This document shows positions 21,186-31,991 of a stretch of DNA of 64,000 bases, piece after piece. Origin of the DNA: Pseudomonadota bacterium (GTDB taxonomy: Bacteria > Pseudomonadota > Gammaproteobacteria > UBA9214); contig JBDLJX010000001.1 in the NCBI GenBank assembly GCA_039714155.1, positions 1,257 through 65,256 on the forward strand, read 5' to 3'. A program made the position numbers and the translations under genes. The notes beneath the pieces were generated by a model. The model did no database searches. It was not told the origin of the DNA and worked only from the letters and a program-made list of their open reading frames with translations. Each line of letters starts with the position of its first letter. Within the stretch, counting starts at the first letter, position 1.

Positions 21186-22370
21186 TCAAACCGGCTTGAC
21201 CGTCCAGTTGCCGTTATCATTGACCAGTTTCCGGTCACAACCCATAACAGTGACATCACCCTGCTGCCCGGGCAACGCGGCGATGACACGCTCACCTTCA
21301 CTGCGCAGCGTGCTGACAGCGGCAATCAGTCCCGGATCGTTATCTGCCGGCGCCATGATTGCAGCGGCGGGTATCGCAAAGTCACGCTGACTGAGATCCA
21401 TCAATGTTTTCAAATCGGTACTGAAACCGGTTGCCGGGCGCGCCCGGCCAAATACCTGGCCAATGTCATCATATCTGCCGCCACGCGCAATCTCCTGGCC
21501 ACGCCCCGGTACAAACACGGCAAATGACATGCCGGTCTGGTAGTTGTAGGCGCATACCTCGGCAAGATCAAAATACAACGCGGCATCACCGGCCCGTGCC
21601 TGCATGGCATCGGCAATGGCACACAGGTTATCCAGTGCTGCAATTACCTCCTCACCGGCACCGGCAAGCCGTTCACGCGCCGTCACCAGGATCTCCGGCC
21701 CGCCGTTCAGTTCCGCCAGCGCAGCCAGCCGCTGTCGCTGCACATCACTGGCCGTACTGGCCGCCAGTATTGCATCGATTTCGGTACAGGCCTTGCGCTG
21801 CAGGGCATCGAACAGCTCAGCTTCCTGTTGCCTGTCGAGGCCGGCCTCCTTTGCCAGGCCACGATAGATACCCACATGACCCATATCAATATGCACATCG
21901 GCAATCGACAGCAGCGACAGGGTCTCAAGTACGAGGCTGAGAATTTCGACATCACTTTCGATGCCGGCATGGCCGAACAGTTCGGCACCCACCTGCAGCG
22001 GACTGCGCGAGGCGGCAAAACCGTCGGAACGGGTCCGCAATACCGTGCCCAGGTAACACAGGCGCGAGGGTGCTTCCCGCTTCAGCGGATGCGCATCGAT
22101 GCGTGCGGCCTGCGGGGTCATGTCTGCGCGCACACCCATCAGACGCCCGGTCAACTGGTCTGTCAGCTTGAATGTCTGCAGGTCGAGATCGTTACCGGTA
22201 GCCGTCAGCAGGGATTCAAGGTATTCAATGAACGGCGGCATAATGAGCTCATAGCCCCAGCAGGAGAACATATCCAGCAGTTCCCGGCGTGCGCACTCAA
22301 GCCGCCAGGCTGATGGTGGCAGGACCTCTTCAATGCCTTCCGGCAACAGCCATTTGTCTTGCGTGCTCAT
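21186..22370 (-). CDS. hisZ: ATP phosphoribosyltransferase regulatory subunit HisZ
   Basis: About 395 aa from MSTQDKWLLPEGIEEVLPP; class-II aaRS-like HisZ fold; upstream of purA as in Pseudomonas. Confidence 0.88.
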   Translation of the reverse strand: MSTQDKWLLPEGIEEVLPPSAWRLECARRELLDMFSCWGYELIMPPFIEYLESLLTATGNDLDLQTFKLTDQLTGRLMGVRADMTPQAARIDAHPLKREAPSRLCYLGTVLRTRSDGFAASRSPLQVGAELFGHAGIESDVEILSLVLETLSLLSIADVHIDMGHVGIYRGLAKEAGLDRQQEAELFDALQRKACTEIDAILAASTASDVQRQRLAALAELNGGPEILVTARERLAGAGEEVIAALDNLCAIADAMQARAGDAALYFDLAEVCAYNYQTGMSFAVFVPGRGQEIARGGRYDDIGQVFGRARPATGFSTDLKTLMDLSQRDFAIPAAAIMAPADNDPGLIAAVSTLRSEGERVIAALPGQQGDVTVMGCDRKLVNDNGNWTVKPV

Positions 22371-22377
22371 TCGTCTG

Positions 22378-22572
22378 TTAACGCACGAGGTAAAGCATGA
22401 TGACACCGCAGATCATGCTGATCAGCCCCGTTATCCGCAGTGTTCTGTCATCGAGCTGCGATACCGTTGCCAGCATGTTTCGCAGTGACTGCGGGTTAAC
22501 AAAGGGAACTATCCCCTCGATTACCAGCACCAGCGCAAGTGCGGCCAGCAAATCTCCCCAGTTCACGGACAT
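22378..22572 (-). CDS. DUF2065 small membrane protein
   Basis: 64 aa MSVNWGDLLAALALVLVIEGIVPFVNPQ...; conserved position between hflC and hisZ. Confidence 0.7.
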   Translation of the reverse strand: MSVNWGDLLAALALVLVIEGIVPFVNPQSLRNMLATVSQLDDRTLRITGLISMICGVIMLYLVR

Positions 22573-22636
22573 AGCCCCGTTTGCAAAAAAATCCGGGCAC
22601 ACGCCCGGCGATGAAAGTTTACTGCGACGGCCCTGC

Positions 22637-23503
22637 CTATTTACCCATATAGCTGTTGAAGAACCTGAAGAATTCCGAGTCCGGCTGCAGCACCAGCATA
22701 TCCGACTTGCTGGACAACGCGGCACGATAGGCATTCATGCTGCGGTAAAAGGCATAGAATTCCTCGTCCCTGCCATAGGCATCGGCGTAAGTCCCGGTTG
22801 CGCGTGCATCACCTTCACCACGAAGGGTCTGTGCATCACGCTGTGCCTCTGCGAGGAGCACAGTACGCTCCCTTTCGGCTACCGCGCGGATGCCCTTGGC
22901 GGTTTCTTCACCCCGCGCGCGATGTTCACGAGCGACACGTTCACGCTCGGCACGCATCCGGTCGAATACGGAATTCCGCACCTCGGCAGGCAACTCGATC
23001 TGCTTGATGCGCACATCGATAATTTCAAGTCCGAATTGCGTGACCTGCTCATTGCCATGCACCGTCAGATTTTCCATCATTGCGACCCGGTCGCCGGAAA
23101 CCACCTGCTCGATGGTGCGACTTTCGAACTGGGTGTTAAGGCCGTCCTTGATAATCTGCAACAGACGCAGCGACGCCTGGCGTTCATCACCGGCAAAGGA
23201 GGTGTAGTACGTCGCCGGATCAGCGATACGCCACTTGACGAAGAAGTCCACCGAGACATTCTTTTTCTCACCGGTCAGGAAACGCTCGGGCCGGGTATCC
23301 AGCGTCAGGATCCGCTTGTCGAACTTGTGCACATTATTGATAAAGAGCGGCTTCATCCAGTGCAGGCCAGGCTCGTACTCTGACTGGATAATCTTACCCA
23401 GCTGCAGCCGAATGGCATGCTGGCGCTGATCAACAATAAAAAACGATGTCATCAGCACCAGCAATCCAATGGCCAGCAGCAGCATCGAGAATCTGGCAAT
23501 CAT
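22637..23503 (-). CDS. hflC: Protease modulator HflC
   Basis: 288 aa; SPFH/band-7 domain, N-terminal TM. Confidence 0.92.
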   Translation of the reverse strand: MIARFSMLLLAIGLLVLMTSFFIVDQRQHAIRLQLGKIIQSEYEPGLHWMKPLFINNVHKFDKRILTLDTRPERFLTGEKKNVSVDFFVKWRIADPATYYTSFAGDERQASLRLLQIIKDGLNTQFESRTIEQVVSGDRVAMMENLTVHGNEQVTQFGLEIIDVRIKQIELPAEVRNSVFDRMRAERERVAREHRARGEETAKGIRAVAERERTVLLAEAQRDAQTLRGEGDARATGTYADAYGRDEEFYAFYRSMNAYRAALSSKSDMLVLQPDSEFFRFFNSYMGK

Positions 23504-24645
23504 CAGCGTAACCCTCCGTCCCGGACCGCACTGCGACGCGGCCCTGTTGGTAATGTCTTGACCTGGGCATCCCGGGAACTGCCATCACTTGCCGGTGGCA
23601 GACTTGCGCCGGAATCCCTGTCGAGAATTTTATCCAGCGGCAGGTACATCAGGCTGTTGCCGTCCTGCACTTGCAGGACCACCTTGCTGGTGTTGGCCAG
23701 CACCGTCTCCATGGTATCGAGGTACATACGCTTGCGGGTAACATCGGGCGCCTTGCGATACTCCTCATAGGTCTGCAGGAAGCGGCTGGCATCACCCTCG
23801 GCCTGGGCAATGACCCGGTCACGATAAGCCATGGCCTCCTCGCGCAGGCGCGTGGCATCGCCACGTGCCCGTGGCAGGATGTCCCGGGCATAGGCCTGTG
23901 CCTGGTTCTTGACGCGCACCTCGTCTTCCTGCGCCTTGATGGCATCCTCAAACGCACCCTGTACCTCTTCCGGCGGCTGCGGGTCCTGCAGATTGACACT
24001 GGAAAGCAGCAAACCGGTCTGATAACGATCGAGGATGGTCTGAATCAATTCCTTGGTCCGCGCCACGGTTTCACTACGGCCGGCGAGGAAATGGTCCATG
24101 GAGATCGAGCCAGTGACTTCACGCAAGGCGCTCTCGGTGGCCTCCTGCAGGGTGTAGTCCGGGTCCCGGATCTGGAACAGGTAGTCCTCGGCGCTCTTGA
24201 CCTGGTACTGCACGGCCAGATCGACCTGGATAATGTTCTGGTCCTTGGTCAGCATCTTGGCCCGATGGCTGACGGTACGCAGGCGGTCGATATTGACCTT
24301 CTCGATTTTTTCAATAAAGCGCATGCGCCAGTGCGGGCCGGGAGTGGTGGTCTTGCTGTACTTGCCAAGACGCAGCACCACACCGCGTTCCGCCGGATCG
24401 ATAATGTAGATCCCGGACAGAGCCCAGGCCACCAGCACCACCACGGCAATCAGCGACAGGCTGATGGAACTGCCACCACCCTTGCCGCTGCCGCCACCGG
24501 CACCGCCGAAGAAACGCCCCATCTTGTCACGCAGCTTGCGGGCGACTTCATCCAGGTCGGGCGGGCCGTTACCACCACGGCTGCCCCACGGGTCGCGGTT
24601 ATCACCACCCGGTTCATTCCAGGCCATATAGTACTCCTGTGTCAT
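23503..24645 (-). CDS. hflK: Protease modulator HflK
   Basis: 380 aa; Gly-rich N-terminus, TM, SPFH domain; overlaps hflC start. Confidence 0.92.
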   Translation of the reverse strand: MTQEYYMAWNEPGGDNRDPWGSRGGNGPPDLDEVARKLRDKMGRFFGGAGGGSGKGGGSSISLSLIAVVVLVAWALSGIYIIDPAERGVVLRLGKYSKTTTPGPHWRMRFIEKIEKVNIDRLRTVSHRAKMLTKDQNIIQVDLAVQYQVKSAEDYLFQIRDPDYTLQEATESALREVTGSISMDHFLAGRSETVARTKELIQTILDRYQTGLLLSSVNLQDPQPPEEVQGAFEDAIKAQEDEVRVKNQAQAYARDILPRARGDATRLREEAMAYRDRVIAQAEGDASRFLQTYEEYRKAPDVTRKRMYLDTMETVLANTSKVVLQVQDGNSLMYLPLDKILDRDSGASLPPASDGSSRDAQVKTLPTGPRRSAVRDGGLR

Positions 24646-24692
24646 AAAACAGCCCGTGCCGGTACCGGCACGGGCAACGTGAATCGGTAAGT

Positions 24693-26012
24693 TTAAGAAG
24701 CTTGAGCGGTACCCGCAAGGAAATCATCCGCATCGGCCGAACGAAATTCACAAGCGTCCGCATGGTTGTTCAGCAACCTGTCGATATCGCGACGTGTCAT
24801 TCTGACTTCAAGCCACCAGTTACCCTGCTCATCGACCTGCTCGGACAGGACACTGCCCAGCCGGTAAAGGCCGGACCGGACCTTGCCGGCGGCGGGTTTG
24901 ACCTGCAGCCAGCCATGCACCTGTATACCCTGGAAATGCCCGCTCAGGGCCTGTGCCAGCAGATCCAGGCCGGCGCCGGTCTGCGCCGACACCCAGACAC
25001 GGTCGATACGACCGTTAGCATTGCGTTCCAGGCGTGGTGCATCGCCACTCAGGTCGATTTTGTTGAACACACACAACTGCGGAATGGTATCGGCCCCGAT
25101 TTCACGCAGCACCTCGTTGACCTGCTCGATACGTGCGCGCCGGTCGGTGTCCTGCACATCAATGACATGCAATAACAGCTCGGCCTTGCGGGTCTCTTCC
25201 AGCGTTGCACGGAATGCCGCCACCAGATCGTGCGGCAGGTGCCGGATGAATCCGACCGTATCCGCCAGTACCAGCGGCCCGACACCCGGCAACTCGATGC
25301 GCCGCAGCGTCGGGTCAAGCGTCGCAAACAGCTGGTCAGCGGTATACGCACCGGCCCCGGTAATGACATTAAACAGGGTAGACTTGCCGGCATTGGTATA
25401 ACCGACCAGTGACACCGTCGACACATCGGCACGTTGCCGTGCACGGCGCCCCTGGTCACGCTGACGTGCGACCTTGTCAAGCCGCTTGTTGATCAACTTG
25501 ATGCGTGCATTGATCATGCGCCGGTCCGATTCCAGCTGCGTTTCACCCGGACCGCGCAGGCCAATACCGCCCTTTTGCCGTTCCAGGTGGGTCCAGCCAC
25601 GTATCAGTCGTGTCGACAGGTGCTTCAGTTGTGCCAGTTCGACCTGCAACTTGCCCTCGAACGAGCGGGCGCGCTGCGCAAAGATATCGAGAATCAGGCC
25701 GGTACGCGCCAATACCCGGCAGGACAGCAGTCGCTCGAGGTTGCGTTCCTGGCCGGGACTGAGGGCATGATTGAAAATGACGATGTCAGCCTGATGCTGT
25801 TGCACGGCGGCATGGATCTCTTCCGCCTTGCCCTGACCGACAAACAGGCGTGGCTCGGGTGCTGCCCGCGTCCCGGTAATGGTCGCGACCGGCAGCGCAC
25901 CGGCGGAACAGACCAGTTCAGTGAATTCCTGCAGATCCTCCTGATCCGACCCGGAGGGAAAGTTCACATGGACCAGGACGGCCCGCTCACCGCTATCGGG
26001 GCGCTCGAACAA
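24693..26012 (-). CDS. hflX: GTPase HflX
   Basis: 439 aa; HflX N-terminal domain plus G-domain GYTNAGKSTLFN, DTVGF. Confidence 0.93.
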   Translation of the reverse strand: MFERPDSGERAVLVHVNFPSGSDQEDLQEFTELVCSAGALPVATITGTRAAPEPRLFVGQGKAEEIHAAVQQHQADIVIFNHALSPGQERNLERLLSCRVLARTGLILDIFAQRARSFEGKLQVELAQLKHLSTRLIRGWTHLERQKGGIGLRGPGETQLESDRRMINARIKLINKRLDKVARQRDQGRRARQRADVSTVSLVGYTNAGKSTLFNVITGAGAYTADQLFATLDPTLRRIELPGVGPLVLADTVGFIRHLPHDLVAAFRATLEETRKAELLLHVIDVQDTDRRARIEQVNEVLREIGADTIPQLCVFNKIDLSGDAPRLERNANGRIDRVWVSAQTGAGLDLLAQALSGHFQGIQVHGWLQVKPAAGKVRSGLYRLGSVLSEQVDEQGNWWLEVRMTRRDIDRLLNNHADACEFRSADADDFLAGTAQAS

Positions 26013-26041
26013 ACAGGCCCCCCGTTTTGGTTAACCGTATC

Positions 26042-26305
26042 TCAAACGTTACCCGGTTCATTTTCACCGCTTGGCTCGCTTGACTCTGAACCTGCTATCC
26101 GGACATTGCGGGCCGGTACCACGGTCGAGATCGCGTGCTTGTAGACCATCTGACTGACGGCGTTCTTGAGTAGAACGACGAACTGGTCAAATGATTCGAT
26201 CTGGCCCTGCAATTTGATTCCATTAACGAGATAAATTGACACCGGGACACGTTCCTTGCGAAGTGCATTCAGAAATGGATCTTGCAAAGATTGTCCTCTA
26301 TTCAT
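26042..26305 (-). CDS. hfq: RNA chaperone Hfq
   Basis: 87 aa from [48 protein letters not shown] (Sm fold). Confidence 0.95.
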   Translation of the reverse strand: MNRGQSLQDPFLNALRKERVPVSIYLVNGIKLQGQIESFDQFVVLLKNAVSQMVYKHAISTVVPARNVRIAGSESSEPSGENEPGNV

Positions 26306-26418
26306 GTCATTTCTCCTTTTTCTTGTGCCATACACCAAGGTATTTCTCCTGCTAACTGCCTGTTCCGCTTGCATCCGTCAGTCATTACCCGACGGATAAT
26401 ACTAAAATTTTAACACAA

Positions 26419-27375
26419 TCACATGCTTATTTTCCCTGGCTTGAGCCAGTCTTGCAGATAGTCATGTATGTCCTGATTTACCGACAGTTTTTCGGCATCA
26501 AACCAGCGAACTCCGGTCTCACTGCGCAACCACGTCAACTGGCGTTTGGCGTATTGCCGGGTGGCAATAATTGCCTGGTTGACCATGCCGTCATAATCCA
26601 CCTGCCCGGCCAGATGGGTCCACACCTGCCGATAACCAACTGCACGGATGGCGGGCAGACCGGCATCCAGGTCACCCCGGTCATAGAGTCGCCGGACCTC
26701 GGCCACGAAGCCGGCGGCCAGCATCCCCCGAAAACGGGTCTCGATACGCACCTGCATCAATTCACGATCTGCCGGCGCCAGCACCAGCTTGGCGACGTCA
26801 TAGGGCAAATCACTGTTACGACCCCGCGCATGGAAGGCACTGATTGGCTCACCGGTTAGTTCATAGACTTCCAGGGCACGCTGAATACGCTGTGGATCAT
26901 TGGTGTGGATACGGGCAGCGGCTTGCGGGTCAATCACCGCCAGGCGTTCGTGCAGAGCCTGCCAGCCCTGCTCGCTGGCTTCCTGCTCCAGCCGGGCTCG
27001 CACGTCCGGGTCCGCTGCCGGCATATCCGACAATCCCCGTTCCAGGGCACGAAAATAGAGCATGCTGCCGCCGACGAGTAACGGGATCCTGCCCTGGCGG
27101 GTGACCTCGGCCATTTCACGCAAGGCATCGTTGCGAAAGTCCGCCGCCGAATACGGTTCGGCCGGGTCACGGATGTCCAGCAAACGGTGCGGCGCCCGTG
27201 CCAGCAGGGCAGCATCAGGTTTCGCTGTACCAATATCCATGCCGCGATACACCATGGCCGAATCGACACTGATAATCTCGAACGGAAACTGCTGCAACAG
27301 GTCAACGGCAATGTCCGTCTTGCCGGACGCGGTCGGACCCATGAGAAAGACTGCCGGGGGTAATGGACTGTTCAT
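26419..27375 (-). CDS. miaA: tRNA dimethylallyltransferase MiaA
   Basis: 318 aa; P-loop GPTASGKT. Confidence 0.93.
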   Translation of the reverse strand: MNSPLPPAVFLMGPTASGKTDIAVDLLQQFPFEIISVDSAMVYRGMDIGTAKPDAALLARAPHRLLDIRDPAEPYSAADFRNDALREMAEVTRQGRIPLLVGGSMLYFRALERGLSDMPAADPDVRARLEQEASEQGWQALHERLAVIDPQAAARIHTNDPQRIQRALEVYELTGEPISAFHARGRNSDLPYDVAKLVLAPADRELMQVRIETRFRGMLAAGFVAEVRRLYDRGDLDAGLPAIRAVGYRQVWTHLAGQVDYDGMVNQAIIATRQYAKRQLTWLRSETGVRWFDAEKLSVNQDIHDYLQDWLKPGKISM

Positions 27376-27394
27376 GGCACAGGAAAGACTAATT

Positions 27395-27633
27395 TACCGC
27401 AGAGACGCAGAGGGCGCAGGGAAAAAAGATATCACCGCAAAGGCGCAAAGGACGCAAAGAAAACATCTAATAATTGCCACGAAATCCACGGAAGAACACG
27501 GAAAAATAAATAAAAACACAAATCTGACGCAAGAAGAATTTATTATCTTTTTTCCGTGTAATTCCGTGTTCTTCCGTGGCAAAAATGTTTTTTGTTTTCT
27601 TTGCGTCCTTTGCGTCTTTGCGGTGAATTTATT
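27395..27633. repeat. MITE-like long palindromic element R2 (about 240 bp, nested hairpins)
   Basis: Outer arms gcaaaggcgcaaaggacgcaaag / ctttgcgtcctttgcgtctttgc; inner perfect arms ccacggaagaacacggaa / ttccgtgttcttccgtgg; about 160 bp nearly identical to 34939-35095. Confidence 0.8.
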
Positions 27634-27647
27634 ATATCAATATTTGA

Positions 27648-29429
27648 TCACCGCCCACGCGCGAACAGCTTGTCCAGTTCATCGAGGCTGATTTGCACCC
27701 AGGTCGGGCGACCGTGGTTGCACTGGCCGCTGCGCTCGGTAATTTCCATCTCCCGTAACAGGGCGTTCATTTCGTCAATCGTCATGCGACGGTTGGCACG
27801 CACTGAGCCGTGACAGGCCATGGTGGACAGGATCTCGTTACCGGATACCGCGATACGGTCACTGCGGCCATGCTCCAGCAGGTCAGCCAGCACATCCCTG
27901 ACCAGCGCCTCGATATCGGTATCTGCCAGCAGCACCGGCACCTGTCGTATCAGCAGCTGCTCCGGTCCGATCCGACCGATTTCAAAACCCAGACCGGTAA
28001 ACCAGTCGGCGCTGGCCTCGCCGGCATCGGCCTCGCGCTCTGCAACCGACAGGCTTACCGGCACCAGTAGCGGCTGGGAACGGATGCCCTCGCCTGCCTG
28101 TGCCTGCTTCAGGCCCTCATAGGTAATCCGTTCATGCGCCGCGTGCATGTCGACCAGTACCAGTCCGTCGACATTCTGCGCCAGGATATAGACCCCGTGC
28201 AGTTGCGTCAGCGCAAAGCCCAGCGGGAAAGATTCAGGCACTTCTTCAGTCACTGTTGCCGCCGGCGTGACATCGGTAGCAGGCCGGGGGTGCAGTGCCG
28301 CATAGCGCTGCACCTGTTCCTGCACACCCAGGGACATGGCTGCCTGTGCGGGCGCGCTACCCGGCCCGATCGTGGTCTTCAGCCGGTCCAGCGGTTGTGC
28401 CGGCTGTGGTACCGGCTGGTCTTCCGCCGGACGCACCTGTGCCAGCGCTTCGTGCAGTGTGCGATAGAGAAAATCGTGTACCAGGCGGCTGTCACGAAAA
28501 CGGACCTCGTGTTTGGCCGGATGCGCATTGACGTCCACCAGTGCCGGATCGATACGCAGGAACAGTACATAGGCCGGGTGTCGGCCGTGAAACAGGACAT
28601 CACTGTAGGCCTGGCGTACCGCGTGGGTCACCAGCTTGTCACGCACCATGCGATTATTGACATAAAAGTACTGCAGGTCGGCCTGGCTGCGGGAAAACGT
28701 GGGTGTGGCAACCCAGCCGGACAGCTGCAGTCCCGCGGCATTGTGTTCAACATACACGGCATGTTCCATGAAGGCCTTGCCACAGACCCCTGCAACCCGC
28801 CGTTCCTGCCCGGTCCGGTCAGTGGCCGCCGGCAGGTGCAGCACCTGTCGCTGGTTGTGCTGCAGTTTCAGTTCAACCGGGAAACAACTGAGTGCAAGAC
28901 GTCTGACGACCTGGTCGATATGCCTGAATTCAGTGGTCTCGGCACGCATAAACTTGCGCCGCGCCGGGGTGTTGTAAAACAGGTCCTGCACATCCACCGT
29001 GGTACCGGCTGGATGGGCCGCCGGTGTCGATGCCGGTGGCCGGTCACTGCCGTCACTCTGCACCGCCCAGCCGTTTTCCGCCGCAAAAAACCGGGAACTC
29101 AGTTGCAGACGCGAGACCGAGGCAATACTTGGCAAGGCTTCACCGCGGAAACCCATGCTGCTGACGGTTTCCAGGTCTTGCAATGAGGCAATCTTGCTGG
29201 TGGCATGGCGTGACAGCGCCAGTGGCAAATCCGCCTGCTGGATGCCGATACCGTTATCGCGCACGCGGATACGGCGTTTGCCGCCCTGCTCGATATCGAC
29301 CTCGATCGCACTGGCGCCGGCATCGATGCTGTTTTCCAGCAGTTCCTTGACCACGGAGGCCGGCCGCTCGATGACTTCACCGGCCGCAATCTGGTTAATC
29401 AGTTGTGAAGGGAGTTGCTGGATGCGCAT
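27648..29429 (-). CDS. mutL: DNA mismatch repair protein MutL
   Basis: GHKL ATPase motifs ([16 protein letters not shown]); C-terminal dimerisation domain. Start placed at [19 protein letters not shown]; the ORF extends to 29480. Confidence 0.92.
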   Translation of the reverse strand: MRIQQLPSQLINQIAAGEVIERPASVVKELLENSIDAGASAIEVDIEQGGKRRIRVRDNGIGIQQADLPLALSRHATSKIASLQDLETVSSMGFRGEALPSIASVSRLQLSSRFFAAENGWAVQSDGSDRPPASTPAAHPAGTTVDVQDLFYNTPARRKFMRAETTEFRHIDQVVRRLALSCFPVELKLQHNQRQVLHLPAATDRTGQERRVAGVCGKAFMEHAVYVEHNAAGLQLSGWVATPTFSRSQADLQYFYVNNRMVRDKLVTHAVRQAYSDVLFHGRHPAYVLFLRIDPALVDVNAHPAKHEVRFRDSRLVHDFLYRTLHEALAQVRPAEDQPVPQPAQPLDRLKTTIGPGSAPAQAAMSLGVQEQVQRYAALHPRPATDVTPAATVTEEVPESFPLGFALTQLHGVYILAQNVDGLVLVDMHAAHERITYEGLKQAQAGEGIRSQPLLVPVSLSVAEREADAGEASADWFTGLGFEIGRIGPEQLLIRQVPVLLADTDIEALVRDVLADLLEHGRSDRIAVSGNEILSTMACHGSVRANRRMTIDEMNALLREMEITERSGQCNHGRPTWVQISLDELDKLFARGR

Positions 29430-29486
29430 ACCGTGCCAATGATACCGCCACAGCCGGGAAATCGACAGATTGTCCCGCAACGGGAC

Positions 29487-30005
29487 TTATTTGGCGGCTG
29501 CTGGTGTCACCGGGGCGAACTGGAAGGTAAAGATGTCACCAAGCGCCTGCTGGATTTCTGCCATCGTGACAGGCCCTCCGATCAATGGGCCATCCCAGTC
29601 CTGGCAGATGAGCTTGCGGACGCCGGGCTGCTTGTCAGAATGCAGAGTAAAAACCTTGTAGAAGCGCATGGTATGCGGGTGATTGACCCACTCCCGCTGG
29701 CTGCTGGAATTTTTTATCAGGAATGTGTCAGGGGTAATGGTCGCCGGCCCCAGGTCCTGCTGTTCGAGGTTACAGTTGACCTGGTACTGGTCAACGCCGG
29801 GGGTCTGCTCACCATTCTGGAATTTCGCGTGTGAGTATAGCCCGGCAATTCGGACTTCCCGGTTGAGGACCAGCTTCGATCCCTTTGGTAGCTTGAAGTT
29901 GATGGATGTCGGGTCGGTCGATCCAATCGTGGTACAACCAACAAGCCAGGCAGTGGCCAGCACGGTACACAGGGAAATTACATAACTGCTTCGAAGCAGC
30001 TTCAT
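29487..30005 (-). CDS. Hypothetical lipoprotein inserted between amiB and mutL
   Basis: 172 aa; lipobox LVGC after a signal peptide; no recognisable domain; lower local GC than neighbouring genes. Confidence 0.6.
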   Translation of the reverse strand: MKLLRSSYVISLCTVLATAWLVGCTTIGSTDPTSINFKLPKGSKLVLNREVRIAGLYSHAKFQNGEQTPGVDQYQVNCNLEQQDLGPATITPDTFLIKNSSSQREWVNHPHTMRFYKVFTLHSDKQPGVRKLICQDWDGPLIGGPVTMAEIQQALGDIFTFQFAPVTPAAAK

Positions 30006-30038
30006 GGGCGCAATATCGTAAAATTACTGTCGACAGGA

Positions 30039-31349
30039 TCAACTGCCGGATGGCGGAATGCGCAGGGTCTTGCCGACATGCAAACGGTCGTTTTTCAGTG
30101 CGTTAAAGCCGCGCAGGCTGTTCAAACTGACCTGGTAGCGCTTGGCAATGTGGCCGAGGGTGTCGCCGCGTTTGATGACATGCTCGCGCGACACCAGTTG
30201 TGTACCGGGCGGCGGGTGACTGCCAAAATAGTTACGAATCCCCCTCAGCATGGCGCGCGCCAGCTTATCCTGGTGACTGCTGCTGCGCAGCTTTTTCTCT
30301 TCCGCCGGATTAGAGATAAATGCCGTCTCCACCAGCACTGACGGGATATCCGGGGATTTCAGCACCGCGAAACCGGCCTGTTGCACAGAGGACTTGTGGG
30401 TCTTGCCGAGGCGTTTCATCTCGCCAAGAATATTGTCCGCGACATCAACGCTGGCCTCAATGGTGGCTGTCTGCGACAGATCCAGCAGCACATGGGCCAG
30501 CACGTCATCCTTGTCATCGAGACTCACACCGCCGGCCAGATCGGCGGCATTTTCTTTCTGCGCCAGCCAGCGGGCCATCTCGGAAGATGCGCCCCGGCGT
30601 GACAGGACAAACACCGAGGAACCGTGCGCGCGCCGGTCACGGAAGGCATCGGCATGAATGGAAATGAACATGTCGGCGCCGTGCTTGCGTGCCTTGTTGA
30701 TACGCTGCCGCAGGCCGATGTAGTAATCACCCTGGCGGACCATCACCGGACGCATGCCCGGCTCCTTCTTGATCAGGGCAGCCAGCTTGCGGGCAATCGA
30801 CAAAACGACATCTTTTTCGCGTGTACCGCGACGGCCGGTGGCACCGGGATCCTCGCCGCCATGTCCGGCATCAATGGCAATCACCAGATCACGCGTAGTG
30901 GATGTCTTCTGCACGACTGAACGGGTTGCTGTTGCCTGCTTGCTGTTGCCGGATTCGTAGAGATCGATGACCAGTCGGTGACCATGCTGACCACCCGGCT
31001 TGAGCTTGAAGCTGCGCGGTTTGGTTGCCTGCTTGAGGTCCAGCACGATACGCAGGCCATCCGCACCACGCTTGCCGGTGCGCAGACCCTTGACCAGTCC
31101 GGTAGCCCCCTGGCTGGAACGCAACGCGGCGCTGCCGGTGGCTGCCGGTATGTCTATGACCAGGCGATGGGGGTTTTGCAGGGAAATCAGTGTATGCGAT
31201 ACCGGTCCACTGGTATCAAAGACAACCCGGGTGTGGTCGGGGGCAGCCCAGAAACGGACCCCCTGAATCTCGGTTGCTGCCGCGAAGACCACTGTCTGGC
31301 TGACAAACCAGAGGCAAAAGGCTGTGACCATCCGTTTCACTGCAGGCAT
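30039..31349 (-). CDS. amiB: N-acetylmuramoyl-L-alanine amidase (AMIN, Amidase_3 and C-terminal LysM domains; AmiB-like)
   Basis: N-terminal AMIN domain (GVRFWAAPDHTRVVFD), catalytic IDAGHGG, C-terminal LysM (HVIKRGDTLGHIAKRY); synteny tsaE-amiB-mutL. Confidence 0.85.
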   Translation of the reverse strand: MPAVKRMVTAFCLWFVSQTVVFAAATEIQGVRFWAAPDHTRVVFDTSGPVSHTLISLQNPHRLVIDIPAATGSAALRSSQGATGLVKGLRTGKRGADGLRIVLDLKQATKPRSFKLKPGGQHGHRLVIDLYESGNSKQATATRSVVQKTSTTRDLVIAIDAGHGGEDPGATGRRGTREKDVVLSIARKLAALIKKEPGMRPVMVRQGDYYIGLRQRINKARKHGADMFISIHADAFRDRRAHGSSVFVLSRRGASSEMARWLAQKENAADLAGGVSLDDKDDVLAHVLLDLSQTATIEASVDVADNILGEMKRLGKTHKSSVQQAGFAVLKSPDIPSVLVETAFISNPAEEKKLRSSSHQDKLARAMLRGIRNYFGSHPPPGTQLVSREHVIKRGDTLGHIAKRYQVSLNSLRGFNALKNDRLHVGKTLRIPPSGS

Positions 31350-31511
31350 CACTCCAGGGTCTGGGCAGAGATGCGGGTATATTAGCCACAATGGCTGGTG
31401 GATTTCAATAATTCTGTTGAATCTCCATTAGATACCGGTGATAGCTGCCAGATGACAGAAGGGTCAACAGCTAAGTCCCTGTCATATAGTAGTTAGCGGC
31501 AGCAATAACCA

Positions 31512-31991
31512 CTAGATCAAGGGGGTAGTTGCCGATTCCATCACCGGCCAGCTGGCCAGCATCATCCGTCCCCGGGGGGTGTGTGCCTGCATCTCGATGG
31601 ATCGTCCCTCGCCGGCAACTTCAATGACGATATCCAGATCCGGTTGCGGCAATACGCCCTGCCCGCGTTCCGGCCACTCCACCAGCAGCAGGTCGGTAGC
31701 CGTCAGCAAATCACGGATCCCGAGCCATTCAAGCTCATCCGGGGCGGCCAGCCGGTACAGATCAAGGTGGTAAACCATCCGGTCATCCAGTTCATAGGGT
31801 TCCACCAGTGTGTAGGTCGGGCTCTTGACCCGGCCGCTGTATCCCAGCCCGCGTAACAGGCTGCGCACCAGTGTCGTTTTGCCGGCGCCCAGTTCACCCC
31901 GCAGGTAAACCATACCGCGCCAGCTGGCCGGCTGTTGCAGTTGCTGACCCAGCGCATCCATGGCATCGGCATCCGGCACAAACAGGCTCAT
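31512..31991 (-). CDS. tsaE: tRNA threonylcarbamoyladenosine biosynthesis protein TsaE
   Basis: 159 aa; P-loop GELGAGKTT. Confidence 0.9.
   Translation of the reverse strand: MSLFVPDADAMDALGQQLQQPASWRGMVYLRGELGAGKTTLVRSLLRGLGYSGRVKSPTYTLVEPYELDDRMVYHLDLYRLAAPDELEWLGIRDLLTATDLLLVEWPERGQGVLPQPDLDIVIEVAGEGRSIEMQAHTPRGRMMLASWPVMESATTPLI

Noticed and set aside
23671-24690. 339 aa plus-strand ORF
   Set aside because: Antisense to hflK.
28134-29186. 350 aa plus-strand ORF
   Set aside because: Antisense to mutL.
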